Below are positions 1-12,740 of a stretch of DNA of 64,000 nucleotides, piece by piece. The notes beneath the pieces are model-generated. The model did no database searches. It was not told the DNA's origin and saw only the letters and a program-made list of their open reading frames with translations. Source of the DNA: Eledone cirrhosa (taxonomy: Eukaryota); assembly GCA_964016885.1 (NCBI GenBank), contig OZ024742.1:172670001-172734000 (forward strand), in the 5' to 3' direction. The position numbers were made by a program, and so were the translations under genes. How positions within the stretch are numbered: position 1 is the first letter of the stretch; each line of letters begins with the position of its first letter.

Positions 1-1721
1 GCGATATACGCGTTAGCCACCTCCGCTCGACCTTTCAGGGATAGCTTCCTCTTGGCCCATTTCTGGGTGAGAGAAGCCACCCTGCTCGTCATCTCGTCCC
101 AGTTTTTGTCCGTCTGAAGATCCGGACCGAACCAGACCCCTAGCAATTTAACCGGTCCGTCCGTCCAGCGCCTGACGATGCTGTTGGACGGCATGGACCT
201 GCCTCTTCAGGTGCCGAGCTGTAGGCCCACTGACTTTTCCTGGTTGATCATTGCTCTTGTCACCGCTTGGTATTCTCTTAGTGTAGTGCCGGTCGCCTCG
301 ATGTGTTTGGCGTTCGACACCATTACGGTGACATCGTCCGCATATGCTGACACGGATCTTCCGCATCCTAATTTGCGTGGGACCCCCCTCAACGTCTCCA
401 GTTTGTGCAGTAATGGCACGTACAAGAAGGACGAGAGTGGACATCCTTGGCGGACCGAGCGCATGATGTTGAACGGTTCCGAAATGTGACCGTTCACTCT
501 CACCACAGAGCAGATGTCGCTGTGCATGGCAGCGATCCAGCCTGTGAAGACGGGCCCAAAGCCATCCACCCTCAGGACTGCCGCTAGGTAACGATGGTCG
601 ACCCTATCGAAAGCTTTCGACTGATCTTAAGTGATCAAGGACCCACCCGTGCCAGGTTCCCTAGCTACCCTCTCTACGATGTATCGCATGCGGTGGAGGT
701 TGTCGTCAATGAATCTGTGGGGAATGGAGCATGTCTGTGCCCATCCCACCAGACCACCAACGACAAGCGCCAACCTCTTTGCTAGCACCTTGTCGCTGAA
801 AAGCTTCACACATTTTTCTCTATTGCTAAAGCGTTACTAAACCTAATGGACTCTATTCTAATTGCTCTTTTCAGAGCAAACCACCACTTGTTGTTGACGA
901 TGGCCCCCGTCAACGCCCGCTTAACTAATTCGCTAATCCGGTCTCTGTAGGCCTTGCGCGCTAGTAAGGACGCGTTTAGCTTCCAGTAGCCGGGTCCCCG
1001 TCTATGATGCCTATCTAAATCAAGCACACAGATCACGAATTTGTGTTCCGTGTAGCTGACTGTCTTCAATTGTGGACAGCCTGTGCTAGACCTATCTATT
1101 TCTCTACAAAATACTCTATCTAGTTATGATCTGGATGACCCTATGCGATATGTCCAGGTCCACATGGGCACATTCGGGAAATCCAATCGGTACCTGTCAG
1201 ACAGTTCAAAACGCTTGTGGATGTTGGTGAGGTTCTTGCACCCTCCTCCCCTATCCGCTAATCCCACACAGTCCCAGCGTGCATCTAAGATCCCGTTCCA
1301 GTCGCCCACTAACACTAAAGAGCGGGACGTTCCAAGAAATGTCTCCAGACGCCGGAAGAAATCAGGCCGCCCTGCTCCTGTCGGGGCATAGACGGCCACT
1401 AGCCTGAAAGCTTGCCCGTCTCCGCTGGTCACGTCTAGCACCACCAACTTACCTTCTGGGTCCAGGAAGGTGGCCCGTATGGCGAGATCCAAACCTCTCC
1501 GAAAAAGCACTGCAACTCCACCTCCCGATGCCGGACGGCTGGGAATGCGTACACATCGTAGCCGCCGAAGATCGGTGCGAAGGCCCGTGCTTCCGAGATT
1601 CTGGTCTCGCTGATACCACTACATCTATGTTTAGTGACCTGAGGTCGTTGAGCAGGTGGCCCTGCTTCCAAGACGACCCCAAGCCACGCGCATTTATGCT
1701 GCCTATTCTGAGAGAGGTCAT
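1..1721 (-). pseudogene. Tx1 ORF2 (APE endonuclease + reverse transcriptase), frameshifted, with an internal deletion near 808
   Basis: ORF pieces 1449-1721, 1124-1510, 806-1069, 627-809 and 207-569 carry consecutive APE and RT motifs in different frames. The post-APE region jumps straight to KVLAKRL. Confidence 0.9.
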
Positions 1722-2049
1722 GTTGAAATGGAGTGGAAAAGATGGGAATGACCACTTACTTTACTTCTCGTAGAGGAAGGATGGTTTGTCCATCCTTTTC
1801 ACTGCTTGTGGCCTCCTCCGGAAGGATATCCATAAAAATCCTCGTGGAGAGTGTTTGTCGGAGACTGTTTGTCGGAGAGTGTTTGTCTTTGGGACATTTT
1901 TGTTTTAGCGTCGTGTACGTTTTCTGTGTGATGCGAGTGATTTGTATGTGTGGAGGTGGTGTGAAGTTTTGGGTTGTGTGTAGTCTTTTTCTGTGATGCT
2001 GGTGTTGTGTTGGATATAGTGTAATAATTGGTTGTTGTTCAAATTTAAT

Positions 2050-2233
2050 TGTTTCTACTTTTGGCACAAGGCCAGCAATTAACCAGTGCATTACTGGTAC
2101 TTTATTTTGTCGACCCCGTAAGGATGAAAGGCAAAGTCAACCTAGGCAGGATTTGAACTCATATCGTAAAGGGACGTAACTATGCTGGAAAGCATGGCGT
2201 CCGACCCTCTACCAATACTGCCAATCCACCGCC
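2050..2233 (-). mobile_element. Full-length tRNA-derived SINE inserted in the Tx1 inter-ORF region
   Basis: B box GAGTTCAAATCC, A-box-like TGGCAGTATTGG and core CTTTGCCTTTCATCCTTACGGGGTCGA. 19-bp TSD GTTGTTGTTCAAATTTAAT at 2031-2049 and 2234-2252. Confidence 0.93.
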
Positions 2234-2454
2234 GTTGTTGTTCAAATTTAATGCTGTGTACTGTGTATCGTTTTGGTTGTTTTGTTTTGTTTGCGTTTGT
2301 TGTGTGTTTGTTTTTGTTACGCTTTTTGGTGACTTTTGTGGTGTTGGTGATGGTGGTGTTGGGGTTAATGATGGTCATGGTGTTTGTATTTGTGGTGATG
2401 GGATTGGTGATGCTGGTGTGGATGGTGGCATATCTGTCCTAACTTTTTTGTTTG

Positions 2455-3935
2455 TTAATTTATTTGTTTCCCTCTGTATTTTGTTTTTGAAGGGGGGATG
2501 GTAGATAATTTTTTTCTTTTTTGGTTTCTTTTTTTTTTTCCTGATACCGTTTCCCACTCCTCGTTGTCACAATCTGCCTCCAGTTGCGATAAGCCGGGGA
2601 GTGGAAAATCCTCCACAGGCGTTGGTTTTGGTTGTGGCGTGGTGGATGGTGTAGGCGCTGGTGCTAGTTCTGGCGCGTTGGGTAGTGGTGGTGTTGGTTT
2701 TGCTACTGTTGCTTGGGTTGTTGCTGTTACAGTTGCTTCTGTTGTTGCTGCTACAATTGTTGCTGCCATTTCTGCTGCTAGTGGTGTCGTTGGTTGAGTC
2801 ACTGGGGTGGGTAAGAGAGGTGGCCTCAACCTTTTAGCCTGAGGGCAGAAAGCCCTTAGATGGGTTCCTTCACCACAAACGACACACCTAGGTCTTCTGC
2901 CCTCGACGATTACGGTGAGGTGGTTGCCGTCAGTGCGGTCTATTACCTCTGGGATCTCCTCAATGCTTTTATGGTCCGCTTGGATCAGGAGCTCCATCCC
3001 AGATCCGGACCAGTTGTCCTGCTTTTCTTTTGCTATTTCTATTATTTTGGTGTTGGCCTCGATGCCGGCGAGGACGGCAGCCACTAGCCAGGGAATTCCG
3101 ATGGCCGGTGGAACGTAGATCACCCTGATCTTCACAAGTCTCTGGCCACAATAGCTTGGGACGAGTGTTATGTCGTCACTTCTTAATGGGGCCATGGAGT
3201 GTTCTCTGGCCTACTGTGGTGTTTCAAAGGACACATCCACGGTTCCATACTTCTGCCCACGTCTGATGTGGGTTTGTTCTGCCCACACACGTCCCAAAGC
3301 TATTTGGATTTAGGACTCGGATGCCCGTTCCACTCGGCGCGATTTTATGTTAATTGTCCGATAAGACACGGTGCATAGGCGACGTTGCTCCATTTTATTA
3401 GGTGGGGTGGGGGTGGGTGGGGTGAGAGGCTGAACCTGTACCCATCATTCTTTACCATTCCTTTGGCTTCTTCTAATTTCTCCTGAGTTACCTGGATCGC
3501 TTCGCACGTTTTTGCTACTCTGGCAAAGCTCAGGGTAGTTTTCTTAATTTCATTGTTGCTGTTGTTGTTATATTTATGTTTGCTATTGTTAATTTTAGTT
3601 TCAGTTAAGGTGGTGGTGGCGTAAATGGTGTTCGGTGTGGAAGAGTTCATTTTGGTAGAATTCATTTCGATATCACGAATTAATTTATTTTTTTCTTTTG
3701 TTTCTGTTGTCGCTGTGGTGGTGGTGGGGGTGGGGGTTGTCGCGTTGGTGGTGGTGGTGGCGGCTTTAACACCTGCAGTCATTGGTAATGGCGGGAAATG
3801 AACGTCTGCCTGAGACAAATTAAAAATATTAGTACTGCTTACATTTCCAGTGTTGGCAAACGTAGCAATATTTATAATGGTTGTGTCGGTGTGAGGTGTT
3901 AGAGTGTGAGGAAGGAGTGACTCTGAGACATCCAT
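2455..3935 (-). pseudogene. Tx1 ORF1 (gag-like, zinc knuckle), disrupted
   Basis: 2455-3195 contains VIVEGRRPRCVVCGEGTHLRAFC (CX2CX4HX4C), a Pro/Thr-rich tract and WETVSGKKK. 3345-3935 has LSFARVAK. Position is upstream of ORF2. Confidence 0.8.
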
Positions 3936-4150
3936 AATTTTTCAAAGAAAAATTTTTGTTTGATAATTATAAAAAGTTTAAATTTTGGGCTCAAGGCCCC
4001 AATATATTTGAGTGTCATTTTCAGAAATCAATGTATGTGCACTTATATACAGTTAACAATAAACATTTTCCATAAATGGCAATTTTAAACAACTGAAAAT
4101 AACAAACCTTTGCGGAGCTCACGATGATATGATTTACGACGTAGGTCGCC

Positions 4151-4348
4151 AATAATAATAATATTAATAATAATAATAATAATAATTTATTTCTGATATA
4201 GGCATAATGCCAGCAATTCGGGGGTAAGACGAATTTGATTAAATCGAACTCAGTGCGTTACTGGTGTTTTAATTTATCGACCCCATAAGGATTAAATTCA
4301 AACTAACCTTGGTGGGATTTGAACTCATAACGTAAAGGGCCGTAACTC
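4151..4348 (-). mobile_element. SINE A (5'-truncated, longer-tail variant) with (ATT)n tail
   Basis: Same core and B box as 2050-2233, plus an extra segment GGGGTAAGACGAATTTGATTAAATCGA. Confidence 0.85.
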
Positions 4349-4698
4349 TCTACATGAAGTGGCCAACGCTCTTCACCTCAACAAGATTCTAGAGAAATAA
4401 AAGCATAATTCACAACGAAAATGGGTTGAATATATATATATATATATATAAAATATATTGTACACAGAATAGATACGTCTACTTTAGTTTATGGGAGAAT
4501 GTTACGTCCCCGACTCTTTCTGCCACAGGAATCTGTTGCTTTCTGACTGTAAACTCCAGAGAAACACTAACAAATAGGCCATTCATCTTTTTCTACTCTA
4601 GAAAAATGAAATCCCATTGTTTTTATGTAAAACACCTTGTCAGTGCTGATGATTTAGTTGAAGAAATAGAAACTTTTTCTGAATTATTTTATTCACGA

Positions 4699-5844
4699 CT
4701 AGCAGTAAAGCCCGGCGTTGCTCGGGGTCGCTCAGTAGCTGTGTTAAAGTTACAATGTTAAGTTTCTTTCTTGGCTTAAAAACTGTAGTGTCTACTGTGC
4801 AGACTTGCATGTGGTGTTTTTGATTAATATTCCCTCAACCAACAATATGCCTTATGAAGTTAAGAAAACATAACGATAACCCGAATGTTATAACAAAAGA
4901 GGATGTTGGGGATAGAAACTGCACTGGTTATTTATTAACAAAGATCGAAAATGTAAACACTGCAACGCAGAGAAAAACATTAGCGTAACCAAATTATCAG
5001 TTATGTCTGTCTGCACGCCTATATCACCTCTCTGCACGACTGTCTGTCTGCACGCCTATATCACCTCTCTGCACGACTGTCTGTCTGCACGCCTATATCA
5101 CCTCTCTGCACGACTGTCTGTCTGCACGCCTATATCACCTCTCTGCACGACTGTCTGTCTGCACGCCTATATCACCTCTCTGCACGACTGTCTGTCTGCA
5201 CGCCTATATCACCTCTCTGCACGACTGTCTGTCTGCACGCCTATATCACCTCTCTGCACGACTATCTGTCTGCACGCGTATATCACCTCTCTGCACGACT
5301 GTCTGTCTGCACGCGTATATCACCTCTCTGCACGACTGTCTGTCTGCACGACTGTCTGTCTGCACGACTGTCTGTCTGCACGCCTAACGACGAAATATTT
5401 GCTTGTTTTAAGTAGTCTTTAAATAGACTTGTTTTCAAGTAAAAATATTGTTTTAAAATGCTTTTAAATGGAAATGAAGCAAAACGGAAGCTTAGTGTTC
5501 GAACTGATGAATTTTGCAGGTCAATATTTTGCTGGCTCGACAACTGTTCGTGTATTGTGTTAATGTCATTTTAAACGCTGAGAAAGCCAGCGTAATTTTT
5601 TACGTAAGACGCTCAATGTAAACAGAACAAAGGGAAATAACTGATAACTTACGCTCAAAAATCGATACATTATATTCGATTTCGTCACATAGGGTGGGTC
5701 AATTTGAAATATTTTTTTTCCGATGTCTTCGCTAGGGCTCAATGTACAAGTGTAGCAATTTCGGTGCAATTCCGTCACAGATTCTAAGAGATGTGTGTCA
5801 AAAATCGATAGACAGACAGTCAACCACAGTTTTATATATATAGA
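4699..5844 (-). mobile_element. Non-autonomous Helitron
   Basis: Minus strand begins TCTATATATATAAAAC and ends in hairpin CCCGAGCAACGCCGGG ... CTAG. Absent from the duplicate copy, whose empty site is CACGA|TTAAAA (A|T target, no TSD). Confidence 0.88.
5004..5384. repeat. Minisatellite: 9 x 37 bp (TGTCTGTCTGCACGCCTATATCACCTCTCTGCACGAC) then 3 x 16 bp
   Basis: Units start at 5004, 5041, 5078 ... 5300. Short units start at 5337, 5353 and 5369. Confidence 0.97.
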
Positions 5845-7302
5845 ATAAAATACAACTCTGTGCGCAGTAACAAGCAGACAAATATATACATTATACATTT
5901 CTTTTACATATGTGGCCATAGGGATTGGACGTAATTTAATAGCTATTCGACAATGATTAATGGGTCAAACATACTCGGTCATGACCTAATGCGTAAAGCC
6001 TTTCTAACGTACGTTCACATAGGTTTTTGTCGATTGAATCGAACCAAGTGGGAGACAACTACTCTATTTTTCTATCAACAACATATGAATAAATGAGTGG
6101 AATAGAAGTTGAGTTTAGTGTGATTTAAAACCTAGAAAGCTGGAACGGATATTAAAAATGATTCTTATGGTTCTAAAAATCACTACTCATTGTGCATATC
6201 AAATAAAATGATGGGATTCAAACGATAGGGCATAGGCAATTGAATCACTGGTACTTATTCTATAGAATCTAGAGGAATGTAAATACGGAATGGATAATGA
6301 AACATATATAGATAGGTGCCTTAGAGAATCAGTAATGCAATACCTTTTATAATGTTTGTTTTAGAAAACAACCTCGCGTTCGATATGTTACTCAGTGTGA
6401 AGAAATGTGCGTAATATTCTGATTTAAATATGTATTTCAAGATTATTAACAACACATATATTCATAAGTATTGTACACATCAGATGCCAGCTATGCTTAT
6501 TATATATTCCTAATAACATGTTTCCTTTATCAAATGATATATTCTGTCTTATCAACATTACCAAAAAGCTAATACGCCAGTTTTCGATGACCTCTACATC
6601 ATTAATATACTGTAAACATAACTTATTATTCTGTTCAAATAATACAGGGGCTTATTAGCCAAGGAGTTTCTCATAAGCTCCACATTTCATCTAATACATA
6701 CCGCATATACGACACTCTAATTGGGTTAAATCGTGTAAGAAACAAAATCTTAGTCCAGGAATTGTTATTGTTTAATCTTTTTGTGTGTGTATGATCTACA
6801 CACTATTTTATGGGTTAGTCCGGGGGATGGTGAGGGAGACGCGCTTAAATAGCTAATCCAACTTGCAGGGCTCACATTTGCGCGTAGCCAACTCTGCATC
6901 GATAGCTGTGACTAAGCATGTGATTCGGAGGCCAATGACACCGGTAGTATATACTCTCGATGTCTCTACCACAAACCTCCCAGACAGTGGACTAATAGTT
7001 AGGTATATATCACATTCTAAACATTCTAGTAACTAGCACTACGATTGTTTGTACATTGAAGACATTTCAAAACAATTTAATATTCATCTGTGATAGCCAG
7101 AAAAGGTGTTATACAGCCTATGGGGATTTACACATAATATGGGATATATACAATAGCATTAAGTTGTGTTTGTATTACAGTTATTTCAGCGTCGATGTAA
7201 GAGTAGTCGATGCCCATTATCGCCGTTACATATCATGATCATCATAGGCGTCATTATCATCATGATCATCATCATCAACATCCTCATCATCATCTTCATA
7301 AT

Positions 7303-7620
7303 CTTCTTCTTCTTCTTCTTCTTCTTCTTCTTCTTCTTCTTCTTCTGCGTCATTTTCGTCTTCTTCTCCTTCTTCTCCTTCTCCTTCTCCTTCTTCTTCT
7401 CCATCTACTTCTCCTTCTCTTTCTTCTTCTTCTTATTCTCTCTTCTTCTTCTTCGTCTCTCTCTTCTTTTTCTTCTTCTTCTTCTCCTTCTCTTTCTTCT
7501 TCTTCTTCTTCATTGCCCTCTTCTTCCTTAGAAGGTAGTGGGGACAGAGTCTTCAAAGACTCCTTCCAGCAGCTCCTGTCAGAAGCAACCATCTCCAACT
7601 GATCCGGCTGGATCCTCAAG
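7303..7620 (-). mobile_element. 3' fragment of an RTE-like LINE with expanded (GAA)n tail
   Basis: Peptide QLEMVASDRSCWKESLKTLSP resembles the RTE C-terminal A.DR..W motif and runs into a (GAA)n tract. Confidence 0.55.
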
Positions 7621-7959
7621 AGTTATCAGCGAAACTCGTGGATGTTATCAAACGGCGTTGGCTGGGATCAACCTCGGAGCTATGATGTCTTACTTCGGAG
7701 CAGTAGGGGGTCTACTTGAGGTGACCCCCCTCTGATATCCCAGCTATAGACTCTATCGAGTAACGTTATTCCAAATATATATCACATTTTAATCCCGTTC
7801 AGTAAAATTAGATATCGTTGCCATAAAATCAAGATATCCACGTGGATTATCTCAGATAAATCATTATCTAAACTATAATAAAGTAAGAAGCGCGGGACTG
7901 CGTACGGTTTATACTGTTTTATCTCTTTAGTAAAATAAGTTCGATTACCTTGAATAAAT

Positions 7960-8098
7960 AATTGTTTCTACTTTTTGGCACAAAGCCAGCAATACGCCAG
8001 TGCATTACTGGTACCTTATTTTATCGAACCCGTAAGGAGGAACGGCAAAGGTAACCTCGGCGGGATTGGAACTCAGAACGTAAAGGGCCGTAACTCTC
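7960..8098 (-). mobile_element. SINE B, chimeric, at the duplication junction
   Basis: Left part matches SINE C (10449). Right truncation point matches SINE A (4348). Confidence 0.85.
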
Positions 8099-10450
8099 TG
8101 CCATGAAGTGGCCAACGCTCTTCACCTCAACAAGATTCTAGAGAAATAAAAGCATAATACACAACGAAAATGGGTTGAATATATATATATATATATAAAA
8201 TATATTGTACACAGAATAGATACGTCTACTTTAGTTTATGGGAGAATGTTACGTCCCCGACTCTTTCTGCGGCAGGAATCTGTTGCTCTCTGACCGTAAA
8301 CTCCAGAGAAACACTAACAAATAATCCATTGATCTTGGAGAAAAATGAAATCCCGTTTTTTTAATGTAAAACTCCTTGTCAGTGCTGATGATTTAGTTGA
8401 AGAAATAGAATCTTTTTCTGAATTATTTCATTCACGATTAAAATACAACTTTGTACGCAGTACCAACCAGACAGATATTAACAATAAACATTTCTTTTAC
8501 ATATGTGGCCATAGGGAATGGACGTAATTTAATAGCTATTTGACAATGATTCATATGTCAAACATACTCGGTCATGACCGAATGCGTAAAGCCTTTCTAA
8601 CGTACGTTCACATAGGGTTTTGTCGATTGAATCGAACCAATTGGGAGACAACTACTCTATTTTTCTATCAACAGCAGATGAATAAATGAGTGGAATAGAA
8701 GTTGAGTTTAGTGTGATTTAAAACCACAACCTAGGAAGCTGGAACGGATATTAAAAATGATTCTAATGGTTCTAAAAATCACTACTCAGTGTGCATATCA
8801 AATAAAATGGTTGGATTCAAACGATAGGGCATAGGCCATAGAATCTCTGGTACGTATTCTATAGATTCTAGAGGAATGTAAATACGGAATGGATAATGAA
8901 ACATATATAGATAGGTGCCTTAGAGAATCAGTAATGCAATACCTTTTTATAATGTTTGTTTTAGAAAACAACCTGGCGTTCGATATGTTACTCAGTGTGA
9001 AGAAATGTGCGTAATATTCTGATTTAAATATGTATTTCAAGATTATTAAGAACACATATATATTCATAAGTATTGTACACATCAGATGTCAGCTATGCTT
9101 ATTATATATTCCTAATAACATGTTTCCTTTATCAAATGATATATTCTGTCTTATCAACATTACCAAAAAGCTAATACGCCAGTCTTTCGATGACCTCTAC
9201 ATCATTAATATACTGTAAAAATAACTTATTATTCTGTTCAAATAACACAGGGGCTTATTAGCCAAGGATTTTCTCATAAGCTCCACATTTCATCTAATAC
9301 ATACCGCATATACGTCACTCTAATTGGGTTAAATCGTGTAAGAAACAAAATCCTAGTCCAGGAATTGTTATACAGTATTGTTATTGTTTAATATTTTTGT
9401 GTGTGTATGATCTGCATTTACTACACACTATTTTATGGGTCAGTCCGTGGGATGGTGAGGGAGACGCGCTGAAATAGCTAATCCAACTTGCAGGGCTCAC
9501 ATTTGCGCGTAGCCAACCCTGCATCGATAGCTGTGACTAAGCATGTTATTCGGAGGCCAATGACACCGGTAGTATATACTCTCGATGTCTCTACCACAAA
9601 CCTCCCAGACAGTGGACGATCACTAATAGTTAGGTATATATCACATTCTAAACATTCTAGTAACTAGCACTACGATTGTTTGTACATTGAAGACATTTCA
9701 AAACAATTTAATATTCAGCTGTGATAGCCAGAAAAGGTGTTATACAGCCTATGGGCATTTACACATAATATGGGATATATACAATAGCATTAAGTTGTGT
9801 TTGTATTACAGTTATTTCAGCGTCGATGTAAGAGTAGTCGATGCCCATTATCGCCGTTACATATCATGATCATCATAGGCGTGATTATCATCATGATCAT
9901 CATTATCAACATCCTCATCATCATCTTCATAATCTTCTTCTTCTTCTTCTTCTTCTTCTTCTTCTTCTTCTTCTTCTTCTTCTTCTTCTTCTTCTTCTTC
10001 TTCTTCTTCTTTGCCCTCTTATCCCTTAGAAGGTAGTGGGGACAGAGTCTTCAAAGACTCCTTCCAGCAGCTCCTGTCAGAAGCAACCATCTCCAACTGA
10101 TCCGGCTGGATCCTCAAGAGTTATCAGCGAAACTCGTGGATGTTATCAAACGGCGTTGGCTGGGATCAACCTCGGAGCTATGATCTCTTACTTCGGAGCA
10201 GTAGGGGGTCTACTTGAAGTGACCCCCCTCTGACATCCCAGCTATAGACTCTATCGAGTAACGTTATTCCAAATATACATCACATTTTAATCCCGTTCAG
10301 TAAAATTAGATATCGTTGCCATAAAATCAAGATATCCACGTGGATTATCTCAGATGAATCATTATCTAAACTATAATAAAGTAAGAAGCGCGGGACTGCG
10401 TACGGTTTATAATGTTTTATCCCTTTAGTTGGATTACCTTGAATAAATAA
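8091..10450. repeat. Tandem duplication copy 2
   Basis: Matches 4343-7960 without the Helitron and has a shorter, purer (TTC)n at 9933-10010. Confidence 0.95.
9933..10118 (-). mobile_element. Duplicate of the RTE-like 3' fragment with (GAA)n tail
   Basis: Near-identical to 7512-7620. Confidence 0.55.
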
Positions 10451-10630
10451 TTGTTTCTACTTTTTGGCACAAGGCCAGCAATTACCCAGTGCATTACTGG
10501 TACTTTATTTTATCGACCCCGTAAGGATGAAAGGCAAAGGTAACCTCGGCGGGATTTGAACTCAGAATATCAAGGGCCGTAACTCTATGTGACAACGCAT
10601 GGCGTCGGTCCCTCTACCGATACTGCCAAA
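10449..10630 (-). mobile_element. SINE C, near full length
   Basis: SINE core, B box and A-box region present. Confidence 0.9.
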
Positions 10631-10814
10631 ATAATGAATGAATATTACATAATGTATCTACTAAATTTCGTGGCTGTTCATTAAATATATTTTATTACTT
10701 ATTTAAAAATACACTTCTTTAAACATTTTCAAATGTCAACACTACCGGTTAGCGATTGTTTAAATAAATATTCATATATTTCTGTCACTAATTTTCTCCT
10801 AACGCAGTTTACAT

Positions 10815-11155
10815 ATAATAAGGTCTTTTTTAATGTATCATGGTTTACATTATTGATTACATAAGACAGTGTTACATAGTCTTCTTTCAATTCCTGTTTA
10901 CATTGTCAATTGCGATTTTATCTGATCATATATATTTGAGTTTAAAATCAATATACACACTACACATGCTTGCAGATATATAATATCGTCTTTTTTAATG
11001 TATCATAGAGTACCTTACTGATTACAGAAACAGTGTAACACAGTCTTCTTTCAATTTCTGTGTATATTGTCAATTACGTTTTTATTTGATGTATCATATC
11101 TACATGCATAGATATTTGCGTATAATATCAATATACACACCACACATGGTAGTAG
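10815..11155. repeat. Diverged tandem dimer, unit about 165-175 bp
   Basis: GTCTTTTTTAATGTATCAT ... AGTCTTCTTTCAATT ... ATCAATATACACAC.ACACATG occurs twice. Confidence 0.85.
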
Positions 11156-11187
11156 AAAACCACCCGAAGGGTGGTTTTTCTGCTAGT
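11150..11187 (+). other. Strong hairpin ending CTAG|T, like a Helitron 3' terminus
   Basis: TAGTAGAAAACCACCC GAA GGGTGGTTTTTCTGCTAG followed by T. Confidence 0.5.
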
Positions 11188-11242
11188 AAACATAAAACAA
11201 ATGTTATATAAATACTGGGAAATTTTGAATATTTTGTGTAAT

Positions 11243-11402
11243 AATGTTTCTGCTTTTGGCACAAGGCCAACAATTACCCCACTGCATTACTGGTGCTTTG
11301 TGTTATTGGACACGTAATGATGAAATGCAAAGTTAACCTGGCGGGATTTGAACTCAGAACGTAAGCATGGTGTTTAATGCTCTACCAATACTGCCGAACC
11401 AC
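11243..11402 (-). mobile_element. SINE, diverged
   Basis: GGCACAAGGCC..CAATT, ACTGGT and GGCGGGATTTGAACTCAG. Confidence 0.85.
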
Positions 11403-11899
11403 TATGTAATTCTAATCAGAAAACCGAAGTGTAGTAATATTTAAAATAAAATCTGTTTTTTTCCGTATTTCCAATCTATTGTATCAATAAATCCTTCAAT
11501 CTCTCTCGTTATCACGTCAGAAATGTTCCATCAATGTCGCTTCATTCTTTTCAGGTACCCTGTTATTTTGGTGTAGTAATTTTCTATTTTATGTTTGTTA
11601 TTCTTCTGCCTTCACTTTTCCTTAATATTGTTTTTTTACATGTTTCACACTTCCGAAGCGTGCTTGCCTTCTGTTTCAAATTCAATTATTTTATATTCAT
11701 GTTTGTAAATCGTATCCCTTTACTAGTTCATTCATTTTAGTAAAAAGGTGTGCATATTGCTAGGGCACCCGATAACAGATTGGAATATATTTTGTGGTGG
11801 AGGGGACAGATTTAATGTGAAAAAGTGACATGACATTACAAGGTATTTAGATTATTATCGTAGTAACCATTTGACAAATATCTTGAATTAGTTAAAAGC

Positions 11900-12520
11900 A
11901 GAGGTTACTCGATAGATCTGCGAGTTACATAACTTTTTATTTAAAATTTAACTATAGTAGTAAATTCGCGTGTCATTTGTAGATAACCTTCTGAATAACT
12001 TAATGTAAATTATTGCCTATACTGTATAATGAATTATAAACAGGTCTCTTGTCTATAAGTGATATAATCCCTACCAATTCTGTAAAATCATAGCGGGCCC
12101 ACTTTTAATCCGATGAGCTCTGCTAAAAACGTATGAATTATGTGGAATATGCCACCACTGTAACAATCTCTGGAAGTGAGAAGACACATTCAGTCCTTCC
12201 TCTTCTATAAGCAGTTATCTGTTTACTACATTAAATAAAATCAGAGGGTATAAAGTATCAGAGAGATAAAGAATAATCTAAATTTTGATGCAGATAGTGT
12301 AGGGACCCTATACCTCAAGTTGTATAATAGGGAAGTATGCTAGAATATAAAGAATAACGAACGTTTAAACCTAGTAAGACAACCATAATATTCAACATCC
12401 AGTGTTAATTCAATAATGAATTTAGGAAAATCACCTGAAAAGAAAACCCTAAGATTAAAGGACAAAAATAAATGTATGTTGCCCCACAATATGGAGAAAA
12501 ATTGGCATTCTGATATTTAT
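11900..12520 (+). pseudogene. Highly decayed Penelope-like reverse transcriptase remnant
   Basis: Motif relics in the expected order: KIIAGP (about 12085; cf. RPIIAGP), FDADSV..LY (about 12283; cf. FDV.SLY) and KIKG....VAPQY (12451-12495; cf. QIKGTAMG..AP.YA). Confidence 0.45.
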
Positions 12521-12574
12521 ACACAACTTCGAAAAGTAATTCCTTTGGATGGTAGTGAAATGTCTTATTAGAAA

Positions 12575-12740
12575 TTGATTTTTAATTTAAGCACAAAGCT
12601 AGCGAGAATGGTGGAAGAATAAAATTGATTAAATGAATTCCATAAGTGCGTCTTACATTATTTTATAGATATTAGTAGGATCAAAGGTAAAGTTGGCTTT
12701 AGCGGGATTCGAACACAAAATGGAATGAACGACAACAAAT
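12575..12740 (-). mobile_element. Old SINE remnant
   Basis: GCACAAAGC, GGATCAAAGGTAAAGTTG and GCGGGATTCGAAC. Confidence 0.6.

Larger units (their letters stand above)
1..4150 (-). mobile_element. Tx1/L1-clade non-LTR retrotransposon, decayed; 5' end present, 3' part runs off the window
   Basis: ORF1 fragments with a CCHC knuckle, then APE motifs (IGSINARGL, LVAVYAP, LVGDWN, GPGYWKLNASLL) and RT motifs (VRQGCPLS, AYADDV) on the minus strand. 5' end abuts (AAT)n at 4151. Confidence 0.92.
4343..7960. repeat. Tandem duplication copy 1 (contains the Helitron insertion)
   Basis: Colinear and highly similar to 8091-10450 once 4699-5844 is removed. Confidence 0.95.

Noticed and set aside
4640-4685. 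CTGATGA...GAAAC as a hammerhead (also at about 8385)
   Set aside because: No convincing stem I or III, and no correctly placed UH site.
5004-5384. 37-bp repeats as a CRISPR array or coding repeat
   Set aside because: Units are contiguous with no unique spacers, there are no cas genes, the context is eukaryotic, and the array lies inside a Helitron.
7166-7619. Poly-F/L/K/R/E ORFs
   Set aside because: Translations of (TTC)n and (ATC)n microsatellites.
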